This document shows, piece after piece, positions 31,552 to 45,928 of a stretch of DNA of 64,000 nucleotides (the stretch's first letter is position 1; every line of letters begins with the position of its first letter). The notes under the pieces were generated by a model. The model was not told where the DNA came from and did no database searches. It saw only the letters and a list, made by a program, of their open reading frames with translations. Source of the DNA: an uncultured Chloroflexia bacterium. GTDB lineage: Bacteria > Chloroflexota > Limnocylindria > Limnocylindrales > CSP1-4. Position numbers and translations under genes: made by a program. The stretch spans positions 8,605-72,604 of the forward strand of contig CAVTWU010000008.1 of the NCBI GenBank assembly GCA_963738475.1. Direction: 5' to 3'.

Positions 31552-32489
31552 CCGCGCTCGAGCAGCGGCCGGACCTCGGTCGGGAGCCGCGTCATCGACT
31601 CCTCGTCGTACGGCGACGGGAAGCCGGCGATGAGGTGCCGATAGCCGAGTTCGAGGAAGGGCGCGAGCCGCTCCGCGACGTCCTCGGGCGTCCCGACCGG
31701 CTGGTCCTTCCAGAGGCGGGCCTCGCCGTTCGCGGCGAAGATCGCCTCGCTGGACGCCGCTCCGCCTCCGCGCGGGAGTCGCGGATGACGACCGTCCCGA
31801 TGCCGGTCGTTCGCTCGATCTCGGCCGGTCCCGGCCGACCGTCTCGCAGTGCTGCAGGAGGACGCCTCCTTGCGCCTCACGTTCTCGACGCCGCCGCCCA
31901 CGTTGCACGCGTCGCCGTAGCGGGCCACCAGCTTGAGCGTCACCTGCTCGCCGCCGCCGCCGATGAGGATCGGCAGGCGTGCCTGGACGGGCGGCGGGCG
32001 TTGCGGACGGCCTGCGCGGTCGTAGCGCGGACCGGCGGCCGTCGGCGCGCTCGCCGTGGAGCATGCCGCGCATGATCGGCAGCGCCTCACCCAGCCAGCG
32101 CAGCCGCTCCGGGAAGCCGGCGCCGAACGTCGAGCCCGAAGGCCTCGTGCTCCGTCTCGAACCAGGCGCCGCCGATGCCCAGGATCGCCCGGCCGCCGGA
32201 GATGTGGTCGAGCGTCGTCGCCATCTTCGCCATGAGGGCCGGGTCGCGGAACGTGTTGGCGCCGACCATCAGCCCGATCCGGACCCGCTCGGTGGCCTGC
32301 GCCCAGGCCGCCAGCGTCAGCCAGCCCTCGAGGATCGGCCCTTCGTCGCGTGCCGACGATCGGGTAGAGGTGGTCCCACGTCCAGAGCGTGTCGTAGCCG
32401 AGCCGGTCGGCGCGCTGCCCGGCCTCGAGCAGGGCCGGCCAGTCGGTGTACTGGTTCCAGAACAGCGCGCCGAGTCGGATGTCGGGCAT
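31548..32489 (-). CDS. LLM-class (luciferase-like, probably F420-dependent) oxidoreductase, frame broken
   Basis: ORF 31548..32642 from ATG 32489: MPDIRLGALFWNQYTDWPALLEAGQRADRLGYDTLWTWDHLYPIVG... ORF 32087..32269: MVGANTFRDPALMAKMATTLDHISGGRAILGIGGAWFETEHEAFG. C-terminus ..LIAGFPSPYDEESMTRLPTEVRPLLERG. Confidence 0.8.
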   Translation of the reverse strand: MPDIRLGALFWNQYTDWPALLEAGQRADRLGYDTLWTWDHLYPIVGTRRRADPRGLADAGGLGAGHRAGPDRADGRRQHVPRPGPHGEDGDDARPHLRRPGDPGHRRRLVRDGARGLRARRSAPASRSGCAGWVRRCRSCAACSTASAPTAAGPRYDRAGRPQRPPPVQARLPILIGGGGEQVTLKLVARYGDACNVGGGVENVRRKEASSCSTARRSAGTGRDRANDRHRDGRHPRLPRGGGAASSEAIFAANGEARLWKDQPVGTPEDVAERLAPFLELGYRHLIAGFPSPYDEESMTRLPTEVRPLLERG

Positions 32490-32702
32490 GGGGGCTCCTG
32501 GATCGGAACGAGGGTGTCTTTCCAGCGTACCCGTCACGGCCTGGAGACGCCTGCGGGTGACCATGGGAGGCGGCATGAGCGCGTCTCGAGCGGTATCCTT
32601 GTCGACTCGCATGGTCATCCGGGACAACGGACCGCGACCCACGATGTGGTGACTGTGGTCGTTCGATCCCCGCCGGCGTGGACCCGATACTCGAGGAGGT
32701 CC

Positions 32703-33308
32703 GTGGAGACCCTGGCAGCGGCACAGCAGTCGGCGGCGTCGGCGGACGAAGCGCTCGTTCGGCGCGCTCGCCTCGGCGACGCCGCGGCCTTCGGGATGCT
32801 CGTCGACGACGCCGGATCGACCGCTGCTACCGGCTCGCCTGGTCGATCCTCTCCAACGATGCCGACGCTGCCGACGCGACCCAGGAGGCGCTCGTCGCAG
32901 CCTGGCGACAGCTGCCCACGCTCCGCGACCCGGCGGCGTTCGACGGCTGGCTCAACCGGATCGTCGCGAATGCCGCGCATGATGGCGCGTCGTCATCGGG
33001 TGCGGCTGCGCGAGGTCGTCGGTCCGACGCGCCACGTCAGCCGACGGGAAACTCGCCGACGATGCACGAGCCGGCGCCGCGACCCGCACGCCCGGACCGA
33101 GATCGACGCGTCGTCGACAACGACGCGATCGGCCGCGCCTTCGACCGACTGCGACCCGAAGGACCGGATGATCCTGGTCCTCCACCACGTCGAGGAGCGG
33201 CCGGTCGCCGAGATCGCCCGATCGCTCGGGATCCCGACCGGGACGGCCAAGTGGCGGCTGCATGCCGCCCGCAGCGCGCTCGAGCGGGCGATGGAGGCAG
33301 AGGCATGA
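32703..33308 (+). CDS. ECF-type RNA polymerase sigma factor (sigma-70 regions 2 and 4), frame broken
   Basis: ORF 32175..33308 from GTG 32703: VETLAAAQQSAASADEALVRRARLGDAAAFGMLVDD. ORF 32678..: RCYRLAWSILSNDADAADATQEALVAAWRQLPTLRDPAAFDGWLNRIVANAA. End: DRMILVLHHVEERPVAEIARSLGIPTGTAKWRLHAARSALERAMEAEA. Confidence 0.85.
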   Translation: METLAAAQQSAASADEALVRRARLGDAAAFGMLVDDAGSTAATGSPGRSSPTMPTLPTRPRRRSSQPGDSCPRSATRRRSTAGSTGSSRMPRMMARRHRVRLREVVGPTRHVSRRETRRRCTSRRRDPHARTEIDASSTTTRSAAPSTDCDPKDRMILVLHHVEERPVAEIARSLGIPTGTAKWRLHAARSALERAMEAEA

Positions 33309-33782
33309 ACGGACGACGCCTGACCGACGTCAAGATCTCCCCGCGCTGCGTGCGCATCTTCCGACAGATGCCGAGGCGGGTCTGCGAGGCCGGTTCATGG
33401 ATGCGGTCGAGACCATCCCACAGCGGCGGGAGCTGCCATCGTTCATCGGTGCGCTTCTCGGAAGCGGACCAGGTGCTCGACGACGAAGCCTGCTCATCGC
33501 GGCCGCCCTGATGCTTGAGTGGCGCTCGCGAGCGCCGCGGCGGTCGGGGCGTGGCGACTGCTCCAGCGTGACACCGTCCCGATCGAACTTGCGCCGCCGG
33601 CGGACCTCCCGGCGTTCGTCCTCTCCAGCTACGAACGGCTGCCCAGTTGCCACCGTCGCTCTCACGTGGCACGACAGCGACTCGGCCAAGGGCCGCATCT
33701 ACGTCGATCGGTCGGGGGCGGTCCGAATTCGACGAGTTCGACGTCCGCCGATCCCACGGAGCCCTCCGCCATCCGGGTCTGA
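33305..33782 (+). CDS. sigma-coupled single-pass membrane protein (possible anti-sigma factor), frame broken; 3' end abuts poly-A run 1
   Basis: ATG 33305 overlaps the sigma stop (ATGA). MNGRRLTD.., LPALRAHLPTDAEAGLRGRFMDAVETIPQRRELPSFIGALLG (ORF 33262..), TM SLLIAAALMLVALASAAAVGAW, then DTVPIELAPPADLPAFVLSSYERLP (ORF 33519..33782). No HxxxCxxC motif seen. Confidence 0.45.
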
Positions 33783-33785
33783 GCG

Positions 33786-34838
<1,053 letters not shown>

Positions 34839-34876
34839 TCGATCGCGGCGGCTCCGGAGGGACGGAGTCGCCGAAC

Positions 34877-35052
34877 CATAGAACCGACGCGCCGCTCGGA
34901 CTCACGTCCGGGCGGCGCCTCATCATGTTCGGGCACATGGACTGGACGGTCAGGCGACGGAGTCGGGCCCAGGAAGCATAGAACCGACGCGCCGCTCGGA
35001 CTCACGTCCGGGCGGCGCCTCATCATGTTCGGGCACATGGACTGGACGGTCA
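34877..35052. repeat. perfect 76-nt direct repeat with exactly 100-bp period, each copy containing a 15-bp imperfect hairpin
   Basis: catagaaccgacgcgccgctcggactcacgtccgggcggcgcctcatcatgttcgggcacatggactggacggtca at 34877-34952 and 34977-35052. Hairpin: gacgcgccgctcgga / tccgggcggcgcctc. Lies downstream of the minus-strand M48 protease stop (35073). Confidence 0.9.
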
Positions 35053-35072
35053 CGATCCGCGGGTCTCGAAGT

Positions 35073-36090
35073 CTAGGTCTCCGAGGCGTGCGGCGACGTC
35101 CCGTCCGCGTCGAGCGGGGCGAGGCCCTGGAGGGCGCGCAGCCGGTCGATCCGGGCGCCGAGCGACGGATGGGTCGACAGCAGGCCCGGCGCGGCGGTCG
35201 CTGCCGGCCTTGACCGGGTTGCGGAACCACAGGTGCTGGGTGCCGCGGTTGGCGGCCTCGAGCGTGTCGGTGTCGGCGGCGAGCGACGCCAGCGCGCGTT
35301 CGAGGCCGGCGGCGTTGCGGGTGAACTCGACGGATGTGGCGTCGGCGAGGAACTCGCGCTCGCGACTGGTGGACGCCTGGACGAGCGCCGAGAACAGCGG
35401 CGCGAACGACCCGCAGCAGGGAGGCGACGATGAGCAGGAAGAGGCCGACGAGGAGGCCCATCGCCAGACGGCGGCCGCGCCGCCGGCTCGTCGCCGCCCG
35501 TCCAGAAGAACGCGCCGTTCTTCCAGCCCTCGATGACGACCTGCAGGAAGCCGTCGGTCACGAGCGCGACCAGGCCGACGAGGACGGCGACGTACAGGGC
35601 GTAGCGCGTGTCGAGGTTCCGGATGTGGCCGAGCTCGTGGCCGATGACGCCCTGGAGCTGCTCGCGATCCATCGTCTCGAGCAGGCCGCGGGTGACCGCG
35701 ACCGACGCCGGCTCGGGTCGCGGCCGGTCGCGAACGCGTTCTGGCTGCCGTCCTCGATGACGTAGACGGCCGGCACCGGGATGTTCGCGGCGAGCGACAG
35801 CTCCCGGACGACGTTGAGCAGGGCCGCGTCCTGCGTCGGGTCGGCGCGCTTCGCGCCGGCACTCTCGAGGATGAGCGCCGAGCCGAACCGGTTCGCCGCG
35901 AGCGGCCGCGACGAGACCGACCAGCCCGGCGATCCCGGCCGCCCACAGCGCCGGGACCGGATCGAAGGTCAGGCTGACCGTGATGATCTCGGCCGTGGCC
36001 GCCACGATCCCGACGAGGCTGATGAGCAGCAGGACGCTGTTCCGGCGGTTGGCCGTCTGCTGCGCGTAGAACGTCCCGCCGGCGGCCCGG
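35073..36090 (-). CDS. M48-family zinc metalloprotease (HtpX-like), frame broken; start not located
   Basis: ORF 35073..36005: ..VTRGLLETMDREQLQGVIGHELGHIRNLDTRYALYVAVLVGLVAL (HExxH). ORF 35050..35946: ..SREREFLADATSVEFTRNAAGLERAL... N-terminal TFYAQQTANRRNSVLLLISLVGIV by own translation. Confidence 0.8.
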
Positions 36091-36099
36091 CGCGAGCCG

Positions 36100-36677
36100 A
36101 TCGATGCGAGCGCCGAACAGGACGATCGGGACGACGATGACGAGGACGACGAGGCCCCAGGGCAGCCGGTCGATGGACTCGGCCTGCGTGACGATCCGCC
36201 ACGACCGAGCGGACGAGGCTCAGCAGATCACCGCCGCGCCGGTCGCCATGAGGATGGCCACCGCGAAGACGATGACGGCCCCGAACCGTCCGAGCGGGTC
36301 CGTCGGGCCGGTCGAGATCGGGCCGCTCGTGATCACGAGGCCGACGAGGGCGAGGCCGTCGACGACGGCGAGGCCGCCGACGATCGCCGAGGCGCGTGTC
36401 CGGCGTGCCGGTGTCGAGCAGCGCGCCGAGCGTCCCGCCGAGGATCACGAGCCAGACGAGCGCCGAGCCGGCGAGGGCGCGGCGCAGGACGATGGGTCGC
36501 GGATCGATGGTGACGGCGCCGGCCAGGGCCAGCATCGCGACCGCCAGCAGGAGCAGGAAGGTTGGGCCGCCCAGGCGCCGGTGCGTCCCGGGCCGGCGGT
36601 CAGCCACACGTTGGCGAGCCCGAGCGTCAGCGCGAGCCCGACGACGATCAGCACGATCGGCGGGACCCGCGCGCGGA

Positions 36678-36681
<4 letters not shown>
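36100..36681 (-). CDS. hypothetical multi-pass membrane protein, frame broken; 3' end approximate
   Basis: GTG 36681 overlaps the leuS stop (GTGA). [27 protein letters not shown] (end of ORF 36445..38211), [48 protein letters not shown] (ORF 35969..36898), and later hydrophobic stretches by own translation. Confidence 0.45.
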
Positions 36682-39252
<2,571 letters not shown>

Positions 39253-39321
39253 GTGGGCCCTCGGATACCACGCACCCCCCGCCGGCCGGGCGAGGGGTGG
39301 GAGGTCGGCTGTCTCGGTTCA

Positions 39322-39397
39322 TGGTGGAGCTACGGGGACTCGAACCCCGGACCCCCTGCATGCCATGCAGGTGCTCTTCCAGCTGAGCTATAGCCCC
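39322..39397 (-). tRNA. tRNA-Ala: tRNA-Ala (anticodon GGC), CCA encoded
   Basis: Reverse complement GGGGCTATAGCTCAGCTGGAAGAGCACCTGCATGGCATGCAGGGGGTCCGGGGTTCGAGTCCCCGTAGCTCCACCA folds as a cloverleaf by hand: G3:U70, anticodon loop AT-GGC-AT, T-loop TTCGAGT. Confidence 0.9.
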
Positions 39398-39505
39398 ACG
39401 GAGCGCGCATTCTACCAGAGGCCGCCGTGGACCCGGATCAGCACTCAGCTGCCTGCCGTCGAGACGCGACGGCATCGAACGCGGCCGTGTCACCATCCGG
39501 GACGA

Positions 39506-40317
39506 ATGGCGACCACCCTGGACCGCGCCGGCGCGCTCGAGACGTCCGCCATCGCCCGCCTGCCCGGCGGTCCGCTCGCATACACGCTCCGCCGCTCGCC
39601 GAGGGCGCGGACCTGCGCGTGGTGATCCGTCCGGACCGCGGCGTGGTCGTGACGGTCCCGGCCACCGCGGCGCGGCTGGCCGACCCCGAGCGTCATGTCG
39701 ACGCGTTCCTCGGCGAGCGCGAGCCGTGGCTCCGCCGCCACCTGGCGACGCAGGCGCGCGACCAGGCCGAACTCGCGGCGCGTGGCGGGTTGCGGGATGG
39801 CGCGACGCTCCGGTTCCGTGGCGACCTGCACCGCCTTCGACTCGAGCCGCCCGTCCCGGGCGTCCGGCGATCGACCGTGGAGCGCATCGGCGGCACCGAC
39901 GAGGACGAGATCGATCGTCCGCCTGGCCCCGGCCGACCGGCGCTCGACCGCGGCCGTGCTCGAAGCGTGGCTCAAGCCACGCGCCCGGACCGCCATCGAG
40001 CGCGACATCGCGCGCCAGCGCGGCCCTCGGCGTCACGCCGGCCGCACTGAGCATCCGAGACCAGCGGACGCGCTGGGGGAGTGCGTCGCGCCAGGGCCGC
40101 CTGGCCTTCTCGTGGCGGCTGATCCTGGCTCCGCCGGAGGCGCTGGAGACCGTGGTCATCCACGAATTGGCGCACCTGCGCGTCTTCGGCCACGGCCCGC
40201 GCGTTCTGGGCGCTCGTCGCCTCACGGCGGCCGGACCACAGCGCTGGCGAAGTGGCTGCACGACCATTCGACGAGCTGCACGGCGCGCTCGACGATCAGG
40301 CGGTCGGACCGTCCTGA
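39506..40317 (+). CDS. DUF45 / YgjP-like (SprT-like) zinc metallohydrolase, frame broken
   Basis: ORF 39107..39625 end: [38 protein letters not shown] 39427..40050: [36 protein letters not shown] 39726..40718: [54 protein letters not shown] (HExxH). Confidence 0.75.
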
Positions 40318-41316
40318 ACGGGTCTGCGGGCGTCGCCGCTCCGTCCGGTGCCGTCCACTCGGCAGATCGCCAGCAGGTCCATCGACGATCGACGTCGTCG
40401 CCGGCATACCAGACGTCGTCGACGGTGAACGCCAGGAACGCGGTCATGTCCACGGGCGGGGTCTCGACCGGACGGCGGGGCGCCGAGGGCGCCGGCGCGA
40501 GGTGGCTGCCGGCTTCGCGGGGGCGACCGCCGGTACCCCGGCCGATCAGCGTTCGTAGACGGGTGCGAAGCGAGGCGGGACGACGGCCGAGCGATCCGGA
40601 CCGGAAGCGAACGCTTGGGCCGGCGTGGGTGGCTGGCGCGGCCGCTCGCGCCTCGGCCGCGGCGATCCGCCGGGCTCGCTGGCGGGCCTTGTCCACGCGA
40701 GCCAGTTCGGTGTCGTAGATCGGCTCGGCCGCGAACATCCCGAGGACGCGGACGTCCGTGAAGGCGCGCTCGAGGAGCGCCTGGAGCTCCGTCGCCTGTG
40801 AACTCGCGGACGGGAATTGGTTCCAGGGCGTCATGCCCGGGTCCAGTCGGATCGCGGCGTTCGGCGTGGCCAGGACGATCTCGCCGCCGGGCCGGACGAC
40901 CCGGGTCAGCTCGGCCAGGTACGGCATCGGGTCCCCGAGGTGCTCGATGACCTGGAACGACGTCACGAGGTCGAACGCGTCGTCCGCGAACGGGAGCGTC
41001 GTCCCGTCCGTGACCAGGAACTCGGGATGTCCATCGTGTGCGCGCTGCACGGCCGCCTCGATCGCCCGGGGCAGACGTCTACCCGACCACGCGCCGGGCG
41101 ACCGGCACGAACCGCATCGTCCCGTAGCCCGTGTTGCACCCGACATCGAGGACATCGCGACCTGCCGGCGTGTCCGACGGCCTCGTCATAGGCGCGCTCG
41201 TGCATGAGGCGCAGGACGTGCTCGGCGGGTGTCGCCGGTGGGGCGTCCTCGACGAGCGGGTGTTCCTCGGCCTGGAGGCGGATGGCCTCGGCGGAGGCGG
41301 CATCGACGGCGGTCAC
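40296..41316 (-). CDS. class I SAM-dependent methyltransferase with a C-terminal extension, frame broken
   Basis: ORF 40963..41316 [26 protein letters not shown]..; ORF 41079..41303 ..[27 protein letters not shown] (motif I); start of ORF 37106..41155 ..[39 protein letters not shown]. Overlaps the convergent DUF45 gene by ~20 nt. Confidence 0.75.
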
Positions 41317-41358
41317 GAGGTCGAGTGTAGACGGGGAGGACGGTCGCCCGGGAGGCGA

Positions 41359-41434
41359 TGGTGGAGATGAGGGGACTCGAACCCCTGACCCCTGCGATGC
41401 GAACGCAGTGCTCTTCCAGCTGAGCTACATCCCC
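41359..41434 (-). tRNA. tRNA-Ala: tRNA-Ala (anticodon CGC), CCA encoded
   Basis: Reverse complement GGGGATGTAGCTCAGCTGGAAGAGCACTGCGTTCGCATCGCAGGGGTCAGGGGTTCGAGTCCCCTCATCTCCACCA: G3:U70, anticodon loop TT-CGC-AT, standard D and T arms. Confidence 0.9.
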
Positions 41435-41520
41435 ACGGGAGGGTCGCGCCACGTCCGCGGACGGGGGACCGGTGCCGGAATGGTAGCACGAGGTCGGACG
41501 ACGGCCCGCTAGGCTCCCCG

Positions 41521-42415
41521 ATGCCCATCGGACTGCTGACCGGACTCGGTGCCGCCCTCGCCTGGGGCACGATGGACATCGCATCGGCGCTCGCCAGCCG
41601 GCGCGATCGGCAGCCTGCGGGTGGTGGCCGGCGTGCAGCTCGTCGGGGCCACGATCCTGGTCGTCGTCGCGCTCGTCACGGGCACGGCGCTCCCGACCGA
41701 CCCGACCGCGCTCGCGCTGTCCGCGCTGCTCGGGCTGATCGGCGCCGGGGCGTACCTCATCTACTTCACCGGCCTGCGCGTCGGCCCGATCGCCGTCGTC
41801 AGCGGCATCGTCGCGGCGTACGGCGGCTTGACGGTCGTGCTGTCGGTCGTCCTGCGCGGCGAGACGCTGACGCACGCTCCAGGCCCTCGGTGCGACGGTC
41901 GCGACGATCGGCGTGATCCTGACCGGGATCGCCTTCGAGGTGGCTTGGCGGAGCACGCGCCTGGCCGGTCCGGGCGTCATCTTCTCGATCGTCGCGCTCG
42001 TCCTGTTCGCGATGATGGCGATCACCACGGACGTGGCCATCGGCTACGCGGACTGGCTCCAGGTCCTGCTCGTCTCCCGGGTCGTCAACGCGACGCTCGG
42101 CCTGGTCGTCGTCGGGATCGTCGTCTGGCTGGCCGCTCGACGGGCTCGCGGCGCGACGGCGACGGGTCCGTGGCCGCGGTCATCGTCCCGTCGCGCCGGG
42201 TCGTGGCGACTCGTGATCCTGGCCGGCATGCTGGATGTCGTCGGGCCTGGCGGTGTTCGCGTTCGGGATCTCGGACGGCCCCGACGTGGCTGGTCGGGCT
42301 GGCCTCGTCGTTCGGGCCGGCCGTCACGATCCTCATCGCCGTCGCGTTCCTGGGCGAGCGACTGAAGCCGATCCAGTGGTTCGGACTGAGCGGGGTCGCC
42401 GTCGGGATGGTCTGA
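41521..42415 (+). CDS. EamA/DMT-family transporter, frame broken
   Basis: ORF 41521..: MPIGLLTGLGAALAWGTMDIASALAS. ORF 41549..42415: VVAGVQLVGATILVVVALVTG..LIGAGAYLIYFTGLRVGPIAVVSGIVAAYGGLTVVLSVVLRGE..AVTILIAVAFLGERLKPIQWFGLSGVAVGMV. ORF 41913..42365 holds the middle helices. Confidence 0.75.
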
Positions 42416-42507
42416 TCGCCATCCCGTGACGCGACGGCGACTCCATGGCGGACATGGCAAGGGGAGCCAGGTCAGGCCGTTCCCCGATCGCCCGCTGCGG
42501 GCCGCGC

Positions 42508-43563
42508 CTACGGGTGGATGGCCACCTTGAGCACGCCGTCGCGCCGGTCGCTGAAGAGGTCGTAGGCCTCGACGATGTCGTCGAGCGCGAACGCGATGCG
42601 TGATCAGCGGCAGCGGGTCGAAGCGACCCGACTGCACCATGGCGATGAGCCGCCGCATGCGCTCCTTGCCGCCCGGGCAGAGGGTCGTCACGATCCGGTG
42701 ATCGCCGAGGCCGGCCGCGAACGCGTCGTACGGCATCTCGAGCTTGCCCGAGTAGACGCCGAGGCTCGACAGCGTGCCGCCCGGGCGCAGGCAGCGCAGC
42801 GCGTTCTCGAACGTCTCCTGCGTGCCGAGCGCCTCGATGGCCACGTCGACGCCGCCGCCGGTCAGGCGCTTGACCTCGGCGACGACGTCGACCTGGGTGA
42901 AGTCGAGCGACGACGTCGGCGCCCATGCCGCTTGCCATCGCGAGGCGGACCGGGTCGCTGTCGACGCCGATGACGAGCGACGCGCCCATCAGCTTGGCGC
43001 CGGCGGTGGCGCACAGGCCGATCGGCCCCTGGGCGAAGACCACGACCGCGTCGCCGATCCGCACGCCGCCCGACTCGGCGCCGCGAAGCCGGTCGAGGCG
43101 ATGTCGGCGAGCAGGACGACCTGCTCGTCGGTCACGCCGTCCGGGATCGGCGCGAGGTTGGCCTGGGCCGTCGGGACGAGCAGGTACTCGGCCTGGGCGC
43201 CGTCGATCGTGTTGCCGAAGCGCCAGCCGCCGAGGCCTCGTAGCCGTCGCCGTGGCCGCACTGGCAGAGGTTGCCGGACAGGCAGGCGCGGCACTGGCCG
43301 CAGGCGTGATCGCGCCGACGAGCACGCGTTCGCCGATCTCGTAGCCGGTCACGCCCGGCCCCAGCTCCTCGATCACGCCGACCGGCTCGTGGCCGATGAC
43401 CAGCCCGGGTCGGACCGGGTACTCGCCCTTGACGATGTGGACGTCGGTGCCGCAGATCGTCGTCGAGCGTGACGCGGATCACGGCCTCGCCGGCGCCGGC
43501 GCGCGGCCGTGGGACCGCCTCGACGCGGAAGTCGCCCGGGCCGTGGAACACGGTCGCTCGCAT
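42508..43563 (-). CDS. zinc-dependent alcohol dehydrogenase family (MDR) oxidoreductase, compensating frame breaks
   Basis: ORF 43132..43698 from ATG 43563: MRATVFHGPGDFRVEAVPRPRAGAGEAVIRV. ORF 42333..43376: MIEELGPGVTGYEIGERVLVGAI..VVVFAQGPIGLCATAGAKLMGASLVIGVD. ORF 42044..42844: AIEALGTQETFENALRCLRPGGTLSSLGVY. Own translation ends ..GVLKVAIHP. Confidence 0.85.
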
Positions 43564-43729
43564 CGTGTCGGTGCCGCGGGTCGTGGGTCCGGGGTCTCGG
43601 CGACGAGGGTCATGGCGGTCTCCGATGCGTGGATGGTGTGCGTCTATCGGCGCCTGGACCCAGTCTCCGCCGTGGCCCGGATCGGCCGACAGGGCCATAG
43701 GTCATGACGACAGGGGCCGCTTGTTCGAC

Positions 43730-43745
43730 TAGAACGGATGTTCTA
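43730..43745. promoter_or_regulatory. LexA (SOS) box candidate TAGAAC-ggat-GTTCTA upstream of imuA', overlapping a TACTAT -10-like hexamer
   Basis: Perfect 6+6 inverted repeat read directly. GAAC-N4-GTTC core of Gram-positive/actinobacterial-type SOS boxes. Same arms, plus the same upstream gttcga, recur at 49379-49394. Confidence 0.7.
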
Positions 43746-43758
43746 CTATGACCGTCCG

Positions 43759-44651
43759 ATGGCGACCCTTTCCCCGGACGTGACGGCAGCCATGGCGACC
43801 CTCCAGGCTCGCTGGGGAGCGGCAGCTCCGCGGGTCGCTGGGCGGTCACTGGCGCCATCGCGCCACTCCCCGGCGGACGCGCCGGGGCGACCGACGCCAC
43901 GCCGGACCGACCCCGCACCCGGACGCCGACGACCGGGTCATCCACACCGGGTTCGCGGCGCTCGATGCGATCCTCGGGCCCGGCGGCCTGCCCCGTTCGG
44001 CCAGTGTCGCCATCCGCGGCGACGGCTCCAGCGGCCGGACGACGCTCGCCCTCCGGGTCGCGGCCGAGGCCCAGGCGCAGGGCTCGGTCGTGGCCTGGCT
44101 GGATCTCGCCCGCTCGTTCGACCCGGTGGAGGCGGTCGCCCGCGGCGTCGATCTCGAGTGGCTCGTCGTCATCACCCCGGCCTCGCTGGACGAGGGCCTG
44201 ACGATCGCCGGCTCCCTGCTGACCGGCCGCTCGGTGGACCTGCTCTTCCTGGACCTGCCCGGCGGCCGGCTCGCCCCCACGGACAGCCCGGCCCGCATCG
44301 CCGACCGGCTCGGTCGCCTGGCCGCGTTCGCCCGTCGCTCGGACGCGATCCTCATCGTCCTCGAGACGCCGGGTCCCGCCGGCGGCCTGTCGACCGCCGT
44401 GGCCGAGGCCACCGGCCTGCGCCTGGAACTCGCCCGGCGGTCCTGGATCCGGCTCGGACGGGATGTCGTCGGCCAACGCACGGAGGCCCTGGTCGCCCGC
44501 AATCGATACGGGCCGCCGGGCAAGCGGGCGACCCTCCGGATCCTCTACGCCGAGGGCGGTGAACGGGACGCCTGTCTCCGCCGCCCGGATCTCCTGCTCG
44601 ATCAGCCCCCGATCCATGCCCCCGCGATCCAGCCCGAACGGACCACCCGCG
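43759..44651 (+). CDS. imuA: ImuA' -type RecA-fold SOS mutasome protein, frame broken; stop not located
   Basis: ATG 43759 MATLSPDVTAAMATLQARWGAAAP. Own translation ..STGFAALDAILGPGGLPRSASVAIRGDGSSGRTTLALRVAAEAQAQGS. ORF 44090..44854: VAWLDLARSFDPVEAVARGVDLEWLVVITP..VDLLFLDLP..ILIVLE..RNRYGPPGKRATLRILYAEGG. Confidence 0.7.
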
Positions 44652-45928
44652 ATGCGACTCATCCACCTCCACCAGCCGCACCTCCCGCTCCAGCTCGCTC
44701 GGGCGCGCGCCTCCGAGCCCTTCCCGCCGGGTCCGATCGTGCTGGGCGGCCGGCCGTGGGATCCGGGACCGGTCATCGACGCGGATCCGGAGGCCCGGGC
44801 GCTGGGCGTCCGGCGCGGGATGCCGCTCGGGAGCGCCCACCGGCTCGCCCCTGAGGCGACCTTCATCGAGGCGGACCCGGACGCGGACCGGGCGATCGCC
44901 GAGGCCGTCTTCGAGGCGCTCGCCGCGTTCAGCCCGGGCCTGGCCGGCAGCACGGACCCGCTCGACCCGGCGTTCGGCCTGTTCGAGGTCCAGGCGGATG
45001 GCCTCGAGCCGTTGTGGGGCGCCGAACCGGTCCTCGTCGGGCGGTTGGTGGCGGCACTCGCGGGCGGCCCTGCCGGTCGACCCGCGACGCGGCGACCCGC
45101 CGAGCCCGCCGCCCACCCGGGTCGGGGCCGCCGGGACCCGGTTCGCGGCCACCATCGCGGCCGTCCACGCTCGCCACGGCGATCCGGTCCTCGTCCCGCC
45201 CGGTGGCGAGGCGGCCTTCCTCGCCCCGCGCCACGCCGGCCTGCTGACCACGGATCTCGGACATCCGGGCGCGGCTGTCGCGCTTCGGCCTTCGACGGAT
45301 CGGCGCCGTGGCGGACCTGCCGGCGTCGGCGCTCGTCGCCCGCTTCGGGGCGGAAGGCGCCCGCATCCACGCCCGGGCCAACGGCGAGGAGACCGATCCG
45401 TTCCGCCCGCGCCGGACGCCCGAGCGCCTCGCCCTCGCCGTCCCGGTCGAGCCGCCGGTGGAGGACCTCGAACCGCTCCGCTTCGTGCTCCATCGACTGG
45501 TCGTGGCGCTCGCGACCCAGACCGCCGCCCGCGGCCTGGCCGTCACCCGCGCGACCCTGCGCCTGGACCTCGATCTCGCCTTCGCCCCGGCCGGCACGCC
45601 CGGGGAGCTGGTCGCGGCACAGCGATTCCCCGAACCCACCTCGGACGCCGAGGCCATCGAACGACTCCTGTTCGCCCGCCTGGAACGGACGCCGCCACCG
45701 GCCGCGGTCGCCCGGCTGTCGCTGGAACTCGCCGGCGCCGAACCGGCCGCCGGTCAGCAGCTCCCGTTGTTCGTGCCGCAGGCCGCCCGCAACGCCCGGC
45801 TGGCCTGGCAACTGGCCCGCCTCGCGCTCACGTTCGGCGAGGACCGCATCCGCCGGGTGGAGCTGGCGGACCCCGAAGCGCCACTCCCCGAACGGCGCTG
45901 GACCTGGCGCCCGGTGGACCTCGGATGA
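44652..45928 (+). CDS. imuB: ImuB (Y-family-polymerase-like SOS mutasome subunit), frame broken
   Basis: ORF 44463.. from ATG 44652: MRLIHLHQPHLPLQLARARASEPFPPGPIVLGG..VIDADPEARALGVRRGMPLGSAHRLAPEA..FEALAAFSPGL. ORF 45308..45928: ..DLPASALVARFGAEGARIHARANGEE..QQLPLFVP... to TGA 45926-45928. Confidence 0.8.

Noticed and set aside
34879-34984. TAGAAC half-sites inside the 100-bp repeat considered as extra LexA boxes
   Set aside because: No GTTCTA partner lies at N4 spacing. Only isolated half-sites are present.
43610-45811. 733-aa minus-strand ORF opposite imuA'/imuB
   Set aside because: It is antisense to two well-supported plus-strand genes. Its translation is Arg/Gly/Pro/Ala low-complexity sequence with no motifs. 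This is typical high-GC antisense frame openness.
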